56,862 bases of DNA from Spirogloea muscicola (taxonomy: Eukaryota), in the NCBI GenBank assembly GCA_009602725.1, contig WELB01000010.1, positions 471,151-528,012 of the forward strand. Direction: 5' to 3'. Both the position numbers and the translations under genes were made by a program. The notes beneath the pieces are model-generated. The model worked only from the letters and a program-made list of their open reading frames with translations, was not told the origin of the DNA and ran no database searches. Shown in pieces: positions 48,011 through 56,862 of this stretch. The first letter of the stretch is position 1. Every line of letters begins with the position of its first letter.

Positions 48011-51000
48011 ATGGCGGTCGCCGGCGCCCCGCCCGCCGCCACGTCGACGGCCGCGGCGGCGATGGCCAGGACGGCGCGCGGGCGCTGCTACCCGCGGCGC
48101 GGCATGGCCAGGGNNNNNNNNNNNNNNNNNNNNNNNNNNNNNNNNNNNNNNNNNNNNNNNNNNNNNNNNNNNNNNNNNNNNNNNNNNNNNNNNNNNNNNN
48201 NNNNNNNNNNNNNNNNNNNNNNNNNNNNNNNNNNNNNNNNNNNNNNNNNNNNNNNNNNNNNNNNNNNNNNNNNNNNNNNNNNNNNNNNNNNNNNNNNNNN
48301 NNNNNNNNNNNNNNNNNNNNNNNNNNNNNNNNNNNNNNNNNNNNNNNNNNNNNNNNNNNNNNNNNNNNNNNNNNNNNNNNNNNNNNNNNGGCGGAAGGCG
48401 GCGGCGACGAGGCGGCCTCCGAAGGCGGCACTGCCGGCGCCGTAGCTGCGGTGGCGGCCCCTGAGGCGCCGCCGGTGGTGTGGACCCTGCGGCCGCCGCG
48501 GGACTGGCCGCCCGAGGGCTGGCGCGTCGACCCCGCGGAGCTGGCGTTCGTGCACGGCGGCCCATCGCTGGTCGGCTGCGCCGCGAGCGCCGGCGAGCTC
48601 CGGGAGGCCGCCGCACCGAATCCGGAGGACGGCTGCTGGGACCGCTGGCGCTCCTTCCTGCAGCAGTACGAGGAGTGGCGCGGCGCCAACCGCGACCGAC
48701 TCGCCGCCGAAGCGGATGCGGTCTGTGGGTCTCGCCGCTCCGCTTCAATATCCATATCTCCTGGCTCGCTAGATTGGCACCCTGGAGTCAACATTTACAT
48801 TCCCCACCTTCTGGCTGGTTCTGTCCACAGCCTTGTTCAGCGTTTTTTGCTAGCAGATTCTGTTGGAAGTCGATAGAAGTTTGCCTACGTAACACGAAGC
48901 AAGGGCTCAGGGTTAGGGTTTGGTATTCAGGGTGGTCTTTACAAAGAGGAAGGGTGGTCTTAATAGTTGTCGCCTGTTGAGGAGGCCTCACGGCTGACAA
49001 CGGTAACGATGCTGTCGCTGCCAGGTTGATGTTGAGTACTACCCAGGCAGGCGGAAGACGGGGGAGAGATATAGCGACGACATGGTGTGCTTGCCCCTCT
49101 ACTACTGGCAAAAGTCTCGGATGTTGCCAAAATATGTGGCTACCTGAAAAAGACTAATAATATACGTCTATCAGCTATCCGCCTTTCTTTAATTGGGGCC
49201 CTGACAAAATGGGTGTCACTGGTTAGCAGTCGGGCGGCTCAAAGTGGGATACATGCTGACAAGCATATCCTGTGAAGTGTTTTGGTGATCAGCCACTTTG
49301 ATTACCGCTGCCTAAACCACGACGATCAGTAGGGAATGTATGGTGCTCCTTCTTGATGGGAATGGGCGGTCTCAAAGAGCGAGCTGATTGGCGGCTCCTT
49401 GTTACGTGCAGCTGGAGCTTCCCTTCATTGAGCCTGGCCAGGTAACGTGGTGCACTTGGAGACGAAGCTCCCATTTTGGACGTCGTTGCATTGAAGGATG
49501 GCTCCAGCTCAATGCATATTGCCGAGCTCGGACAAACCAACAGAGGCAGTACTTTGCACAAAGCAAGAGAGCTAATGCCATGGACCATGAAAGACCTGAG
49601 CTGTGTTTATAAAAGGAGCAGCCAGGGCTGTTAGGCACTACCACACTGCCTGCTGATTGGCCCACATCTTGGGGGGTGATGCAGCACTACTGGGGTCAGG
49701 TGCAAGGCATACATCTCTACGAAGGCGCATTCATCAACATCGCGGCCGTTCATGATGGGTGCGGGGCTCTCGCCCCCTAGTATCGCTTCCGGAACCACCC
49801 TATTGACAAATTAGTCATGCTGCGCAGTTGATTGCTAGTCATTGCAGTGTTAGCAGTTGATAGGTTTCACACCTGACAAGCGCTGTGTAAGCTGTGCAAA
49901 AATGGATGTGACGTGCACCTCGGACGCTTTTGAGTTGTAGTAATGGGGTAAAGAGGCAGTGTTGTGCAGGTTGTTGCAGTCCACTGCTGCAGAATTCCTG
50001 GTTATACCTGAATCACTCTCTATCCTAGCCCGTACAGCAGGCCCTGCTGTTTGCTGAATTGTCGGCCTGCTACCTGGTGGCCACTGTTGACGTGTCAGCA
50101 GCCGTATGTTGCTCTTTGTTATTCAAGCAGTGCCTTCTGTGCTTTCCGTGACAAGCAGATGGGTGCCCATCCGTGACAACGACTGGTACCATTTTCGCCA
50201 CGTTGTCAAGCTGGGCATGACGGTGCTAGTGAAAGTTGTGGTAAGTGAGATTTTGTCACCTTTTACACCGAGTAAGCTTTGCTTCTCTAATGGACGTAAG
50301 AGGCTGGCAGTCTGGATGCAAGTGTTGTGTTTTCTCCTCCCGATCTGGTCCCATCCTGGGCACTGTGGCAGGCGAGAAGGGATCCCTACCGATATCGCTT
50401 CCCCATTGAGCTCCGCTTGGTGGACCCCAACATTGACCACATCATGTGAGATTGATGATGGGTTCAGCTCCTCAATGTTTCCTTTAGGATACTTCTGTAT
50501 ATTTTCCTTTCCCCTTGTCTTGCGCTATTTGAGTGCTTGCCACTTTCAAGGGCCGATTGAGATGTCATGCTGAGGACATTGTTGGCTTGTTGTGTTAACT
50601 AACAGCCACAGGAGATTTGAGTACCCTCCCATTTTTGCAAGACCTGAAGACCAGGATCTTGATGAAGTTGCGGTGAGCTCCACCATGCATGCTTAAGCTC
50701 CTAAGAAGATGAAATGAGCCACTGTGAATGCAGTCAATTGCCACCTCACGGTGTGCAAGAGCACAGAGGCTTATTGGTCAAGTCCATAAGCTGTAGTAGT
50801 AGCTCAAGGAAGCAGTAGAATCTGCACGGCGACCTCTGCATGGGCAGCTTGAGATGCACTGCACGTGCGGGGCGAGAATGTGATATGACAGCAGCAGGTC
50901 ACGCCTCAGTGATTGTACATCCTGCAGAGGGAAACAGGGAGGCCTTACTGGCCAAAGCTAAGGCCAAAGGAGGACCCTGATGTCGACATAGCCGATACAC

Positions 51001-53178
51001 ATCCCGACATATCCAGGGTGATATTTTTGGACCTGTGGAGTGTTAGTCAGTACTTTGTGTGCTGTCAACAGCATGACCTCTCTGTGGCCGTGCATCTGTG
51101 ATCATGCAGTATGAGTCTCGTCTTGCCAGACTGTATAAAGGGGCCCATGCAGCCAATCTCAAAATCAATGATGCCTCCAAGTTGCATGTCATTCAGAAGA
51201 TGGTATACTTAAGGACTTCTGGCATCTGGATGTAGTAGGTGTGGATGAATGACCAGGCTGAACAGACCTTGCTAGACATGGAGGAGGAGGGAGAGGATCG
51301 AGATGCAAGGGCAGGCCAAGTTTGCACATACCTGACCGAGGAAGAGGCTGAACTGGAAATCAATGCCACCTTCGTTACATTTATTGAGGTGGGCACAGAG
51401 CAGCATAGCAACTTGCCCACAGACAAACCAAGTGGTGCATGATGCAACCCAGTCAACCATTGTTTGCCGGTGCTATTTGTCTTTGCTATTCTCCCTCCTG
51501 AGCCATCTTCTCGCTTGACTTTGGCTTTTCATCTCCTGAGCTTGCAGGAAGTTGAAATGTCAGAGCTGGATCTGGACGCTGCACGCAAAGAGCGAGCTGT
51601 GAGCTGATTGTCATCTATGTCATAAATGGGTGCATGATCTTCAGTAACATGCCAAAACCCCAGTTTTGTGGACTATGCCAGTGACTTCTGTAGTCTACAT
51701 CAAATAGGAGCACCCCAGACATTCACCGCAAGCAATTCCACAAGCAATGTCATTGATGGCATTTTCCATGACGCACAAGCCACATCTCTTGTAGCTTGAC
51801 AAATCCTGCCCATCGCAGGAGCTGAGAAGGTTAGAGGCAGAGGCCCAGCAACAGGGGAACCCTTTGTCCCCTTTCCAAGAAGGGCTGAACTGAGGATAGC
51901 TGAGCTCACCCGGATGCAAGACGAGCGGAAGCGTCTGGAGGTGGAGGCTCTCCTCAAAGACAACATGAGGTCAGTCAAGAAGGTGGCACATGTTTGCTGA
52001 TGGAGTTTGATCAAAGGCTTACAGCTAGGTCATGATGTTGCAAATGCAGCTGGTCACGTGCGTGGCTAGCCCCTGTCAGCGTGGTCTGTGCATATGCAGA
52101 TGGAGCTGGTGACATGCTTAGCTTGGACTGCAGGCGGAGGGAGGCAGGGCTGCCGCTGGAGGAGCCTGGCCGGTACGCTGATAAGGATTTCTGGGGGCGG
52201 AACCTGTACGACCCGTCGGAGCCTCGGTGGCGGCATGACTACTGGGGCGACCCGGAAAAGTTCCAGGAGGACCAGCGGCGCGAGAAGGAGCCGCGGGGCA
52301 GCACGCAGGCACGCGCGCCGGATGAGGCCGGCGCCGGATCGTTCGCCTCCACTGCTGTGGAGGACGACGACTTTGTGCTCGGCGCGTGGCACCCCTGGGA
52401 GGACTCTCCTGCCACTGTTCCAGCCAGCGGCGGTGAGCTCAAGTAGCAGCAAAAGCATGAGGACACCTAGACTGAACATGGTCAATGCATCTTTTTCCAC
52501 ATGGGGGAAGCCTCACAGAGCTTCTACGCATGTTTGATTGAGTATGTAATGGGTTGGCAGAGCATATGCAAGATGGGCACTCACGGTGCTGCTGCTGTTT
52601 ATGACAAAGATGCTGCGGCAAGCGAGGCAATGGTGGAGCTAGTGGCTGGCAAGCAGCAGGAACGGCCTGTGGAGCAGGTCATATCGTTCACGACAGAGAG
52701 CGACAACGGCAGTGAGCTGGAGGCCATGCAAAGTGGTGAATCCCAGCAGTTTGATCAGGGCTTTGAGGATGTCCGGAGCATATTTCCTTTGAGGGGGGTG
52801 AGTGCTTGCCAGCTGCAAGCTGCTTATCTGTGCTCCTCAATGAGTCTATGATGGTGGGGCCTTGCTACAAGCTCTCCAGCTGGTTGAGCTTGTCAAGGAG
52901 AGCCTTGTCAGACATGTTTCGAGTAATTGATTGTGTGATTCTTGAATATCTGGAATTTGTTTGCGGCTTGATTTTTATGAGGTGAGGGCCAGAGCAATAA
53001 TTGCATGCCTCACTGGTGTTGAGATGCCGAGCAGGAGAGGGATGATCCACTGGAGTTGGAAGTAAGCAAGCAGGGGAGCGAGGCGCAAGACGTCATCAAG
53101 GAGGATGGAGAGGAGGTCTTGACAGATGTGATGTTAGAAAGCCCTATAGACTTGGACGATGTGGAAGAGGAGAGCTGA
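48011..53178 (+). CDS. PTAC10: Plastid transcriptionally active 10 (PAP3/PDE312, S1 domain), with a 1-nt frameshift near 51850 (possible pseudogene); start uncertain (N-gap)
   Basis: Exons ..-48720, 49025-49084, 49412-49441, 49685-49758, 50159-50240, 50372-50445, 50606-50672, 50928-51017, 51239-51388, 51548-51598, 51819-51969, 52134-52432, and probably 52610-52797 and 53035-53178. Motifs FLQQYEEW..YYPGRRK..LELPF..HLYEGAFINIAAVHDGWVPIRDNDW..RDPYRYRFPIELR..GLPLEEPGRY..YDP..HDYWGDP. Confidence 0.9.
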
Positions 53179-54845
53179 AGATGCGTCGCTCCGTGGGGCC
53201 TGTGGGCCTGCCGTATACAGTCACTTTCATTGGCATTCTTTGCACGACTTGGCAGGAGTGTCTGCCAAGCTTAAATAGCATCTGTTCCACCGTGCACGAG
53301 TGTTGCCCACATATCCTATCCCAATGCCAGGCTGGGTCTGCTAGCGGTACTACCAGGACGGACACACTCTCAACTTCTGGAGTGGGCGTGCACTGTGTGT
53401 CTCATGCTTTGAAAGGCGTGCATGCTTTTGTTAGCATTTCCACGTCTCGAAAGAGCACCTGCTGCACTCATCTCATAAGCACGTGAAGATGCGGAACGAG
53501 ATTTCAAGTCTGCTTGAGGAGCCACACAAGTGTCTCCTCCTCAGCAGTACGTGATGCTTACACAAAGCCGCCTTGCTGATTGAGCAGAATCTGGTGTAAT
53601 GTAGATTCGGAAGTGCAAGGTCTTCAGGGCGAGGACAGGGTGGCCCAAGTGGTGCGGTATTCACCTGGTTTTCGGACTTCATTGATCATTGACCAGTACA
53701 TTGTTTGCTGAGTGCCCTGATCTGAAGCTGGGACTGCTGCACTGTCCCCATGCTTGGTTAGCGGCGTCAGGCCTCCTCCTCCTTCTTTGTGCCAATCTTC
53801 CTTACATGGGAGTGGGCGTCCACCATTGTTGTCGTTTCCTCCTGGAGCTCTGGTGTGTCTCTGGCTTGTCACTTCTTATGGCAGGAGAGAGCTGCATCGC
53901 CGTCATTTGGCCTTGCTCGTGCGCCGTGTCACCCGCAGCCGCTGCAATGTCGAAGGGGCAACCTCAAGCTCCATGGCGGAGGCACGCTGCTAGGGCTTCA
54001 GGGGGGCGCTTGCCCTCCCAGGCTGTCTGCCACTTCCCATCCCCACAGTCCACCTTCTTCATAGGCTGGCTCCTTGCAGCTACTACCCTGAAGCATCGTT
54101 GCAAATGATTGGGTGACCTCTTGCCCATAATCGCCAGCTGCCTACTCACAGCCACTGCTTAAGAGAGCTTTCCTACTGTTATATGCAACGAGTCCAGAGC
54201 AGGGCAATGGGCTTTGCTGCTGTGTTGAAGGCCAGCCATTTACACACAGAGATGGGTGGAAGGTACTACACAGCGGAAGTGATGAGCTGCTCAATACCGG
54301 CTCGACAGCACACAGAAAGTCAAGGAGCAATACCGGGAGCGGATGCCTTTCGCAAGCAAGAGGCAGCTGCTAGAGCTTGAGCAGCACGGCAATGTAAACG
54401 GAAAGCGCGTCCAAATTGACTGGCTTGAGCAGCACGGCAAAGCAGAGCAAAAGCTTGGGAGCGGGTGGAAAATTTTGGACAGCCGCATCTGCCAGACAAA
54501 TTTCAGGTCCATGAGCACGTATGACCCAAATAGCACTGCACCCTGCAAGCGTCACCATTCGTCGGCTTGGCAGGCCACAGCTCAATGACACCTAGGCAAC
54601 CAGCCCCCGATGCACCACTTATGGATGTCGATACCCACGTACTGAGCAATTTGGGAGAACCTTCGTTTTGGCATGTACGTCAGCAAAGTCCACAGATGTC
54701 CAAGAGTGGTGGAAGCGGGCATCTTACCATTTGCAGTCTCCAGCAAGAAAGAAAGAAACAGCTCTTTCAATGTAAGGCAATGGCTGTGAGAGGCCAGTCC
54801 AACAGTGTAAGCTGATCCGGCGAGGGCTGTGAAAAGCCAGCCTGA

Positions 54846-55740
54846 CAAGAAAGTGCTCGCACATAGTGAAGAAGGGGCTGGCAAAGCCAGTCCCAAAAAG
54901 AATGGACAAATCCAAAGCCAAAAGAAACAAGGTGCCGTAAATGGACTACACCACAAAGCACGAGACGATGCAGAGGGAAGCTCAGTACCCGCGAGTGAGC
55001 AACATCAAGTCAGAATAGCTCGCTGCAGGGAAAGAGGCACTCCGCCGAGACCCAGAGGCAGCAGCCATAGCACGGCCTGCTCGCCCGTGGACGGCGTCGG
55101 CCAGGGAGCGTTGAAACGAGACCGCCAGGCGCATACGGAATACCTGGGCGAGCGACCCGACGGCGTTGAAGCCGGGCAGCGCCCATGGCAGACCCGGCCG
55201 CCGGTCAATGGTCTGACGGGCAAGCCGCTGGAGGAGATCCAGCCAGTGTGTGCTTGTTTTTCTTAGCGGCTGCCGAAAGCCCCGTGTACATCCATCGCCA
55301 GGGCCGTGAATTCGTCACCAACCGGGTGATCGGCGTAGTTGCGCTCCTTGCCCCGGGCCGCCAGGCCGACCGCGTGCCCTGCAGGCGATGGCGATCTGGC
55401 AAAGTTGGCGGAGTCGACGCAGTCAGCTGTCATCACATCGGCGATGATGCGGGGACGGTCGCCGGGCGGGATGGCGACCAGGTCGGCGCGTCGGGTGTGG
55501 AGCTGGCCGTCCGCACCCAGCTGGATGGGCATTACTGAGGTGTTTTCCACGGCCACCTTGTAGCCCGCCTCCATGAACACGAAGAACACCCTCTGCATGC
55601 CATCTCGCAGGAGGTCGTGGGAACCGGTCCTCTCGCCCCCGTGCAACGGAGCATGTGCGCAGCCAGCTCCGCAGAGTCGGCGTGACGGGCACCGCACTCG
55701 CACTGAGTGACGCCCACGAGGCAGGGAGGGAGGAGGCCCA
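54846..55740 (-). mobile_element. CRE-like family E, 5'-truncated (CCHC + RLE + 3' UTR), disrupted
   Basis: Encodes QCECG..AHMLRC..ERTGSHDLLRD..RRADLV..IIADV..GKERNY..FTALAMDVHGAFG..FRMRLAVSFQRS..SYSDLMLLTRGY* (TGA 54982-54984). Confidence 0.88.
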
Positions 55741-56010
55741 AGAAACAAAGCAGCTACGAAGCACTCAGCATCTCCAACCTGCGGCTGCTTAGCAGATCTG
55801 GCCGCGCTTCTCTTAGCAGAGGTTTCCTGAGTAATTCGTAGCTGCTTTGTTTCTCTGTGTGCTTGTTTTTCTTAGAAAGGGCTCGCCCATTGAGGATAGG
55901 GGCTGGACAGCTCTTAGCGCTTCCCCTGGCCCCCTTCTCGTACTCTGTTCGTTCATTCTTTTTTGGGCTGGCTTTTCCAGCCCTATCCTCAATGGGCGAG
56001 CACTTTCTTC
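55740..56010. repeat. Scrambled family A 3' pieces in both orientations
   Basis: Pieces at 55740-55767 (-), 55766-55796 (+), 55810-55875 (+), 55876-55911 (-) and 55912-56010 (+). Confidence 0.8.
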
Positions 56011-56168
56011 AAGAGCCGGTGGACCGCCGTCCGGTAAACCTCATCTGGCGCAGTGAGCGCCGCGACAAGAACGGGCCAAATGGAGTGCAAAAAATGGACA
56101 AGGCCAGCGCTCGACCCCGCACTACTGAACTGAACGGGTTAGGCCTCAGGCCCCCAGAGCCCCAGCGG

Positions 56169-56370
56169 TGACGTCACTTGCCAGGGTGGCGTCCGACGGG
56201 GACGGCGCCACGGCCGGTCCGCGCGGAGCACCGCGCCACGTCGGACGCCTTGTGGGCCCTAAGCCCCACACCCCAGACCCTACTGTCACGTGTCATGCTG
56301 TTTGCATGACACGTGGCGACCAGGCCGGTGCCGGTCGCCAGGTCGGTGGGGATAAGGATGTGGACGTGGC
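56169..56370. promoter_or_regulatory. ACGT-box cluster (TGACGTCA, two CACGTG in a perfect inverted repeat, ACGTGGC)
   Basis: tgacgtca at 56169, cacgtgtcatgc-tgttt-gcatgacacgtg at 56287-56315, gacgtggc at ~56363. Confidence 0.5.
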
Positions 56371-56451
56371 AATTTGCGGCCCCCCCGGGGGGGTTTGTAG
56401 GTGGGGTGGGGGAACTTTCTGCTACTTTTGGAGGAGGGAGGGAGGACCAGG

Positions 56452-56636
56452 AAAGAAAGTGCTCGCACATTGAGGATAGGTGCTGGAAAAGCCAGCCCAA
56501 AAAAGAATGAACAGAGTACGAGAAGGGGGCCAGGGGAAGCGCTAAGAAAAACAAGCACACAAATAAACCAAGCAGCTACGAATCACTCAATCAGTAACCC
56601 CTGCTAAGCAGCCGCAGATCAGAGATGCTGGGCTCG
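56452..56636 (-). mobile_element. Family A 3' fragment
   Basis: Reverse complement encodes SDLRLLSRGY* followed by the complete family A UTR. Confidence 0.85.
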
Positions 56637-56690
56637 CTCCAGGAAAACCAGATGCTTCTGACCTTGTGCCCCGCACTTCTGACCCCGGCC

Positions 56691-56726
56691 ATGGCTCTCG
56701 CAGCCGACCCACTGTCAAGCGGCGTA

Positions 56727-56763
<37 letters not shown>

Positions 56764-56862
56764 TCGGCGGCTCCCCTTCCGGCGTGGCGGCGGTGAGCCG
56801 ACTGAGCCGCGGCGGTTGCGGCGCGAGAGGAGCGCCGCTGCTCCGCTGGCAGCGCCATGGTG
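56691..56862 (+). other. Probable 5' end of a gene running off the window ((GCC)n tract; ATG at 56691 or 56857)
   Basis: Same (GCC)n plus gccATGg signature as the other gene starts. Confidence 0.35.

Noticed and set aside
53500..54700. Possible gene remnants, including a 17-nt direct repeat cttgagcagcacggcaa
   Set aside because: No coherent exon chain or recognisable protein motif.

Overview
GC-rich eukaryotic nuclear DNA with spliceosomal introns. The gene content (pTAC10, PsbW, a land-plant-type phytochelatin synthase, a BIM-like bHLH) points to a streptophyte alga; this is inference. Nine spliced host genes can be assembled by hand: RPS19, a bHLH, a UPF0114 membrane protein, PsbW, Yippee, SMG8, plastid IF3, phytochelatin synthase and pTAC10. 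There is also one hypothetical membrane-protein exon. Intergenic blocks (0.3-7.7, 11.8-15.4, 17.6-23.7, 26.8-28.4 and 54.8-56.6 kb) are mosaics of about six families of CRE-clade-like RT-RLE non-LTR retrotransposons, labelled A-F here. These families share a C-terminal SD(L/F/V/M)xxLxRGY* motif, and all but family B share a 3' GGCTG-loop-CAGCC hairpin. They insert into one another and next to GC-rich gene 5' ends. The window also holds a tail-to-tail inverted pair of gag-only elements with conserved splice signals and a 141-bp Tourist-like MITE. Two plastid gene-expression genes carry apparent loss-of-function lesions: an in-frame TAG in IF3 and a 1-nt frameshift in pTAC10. No rRNA, tRNA or CRISPR array was seen. 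N-gaps hide parts of several first exons. All homology calls come from recalled motifs, not database searches.
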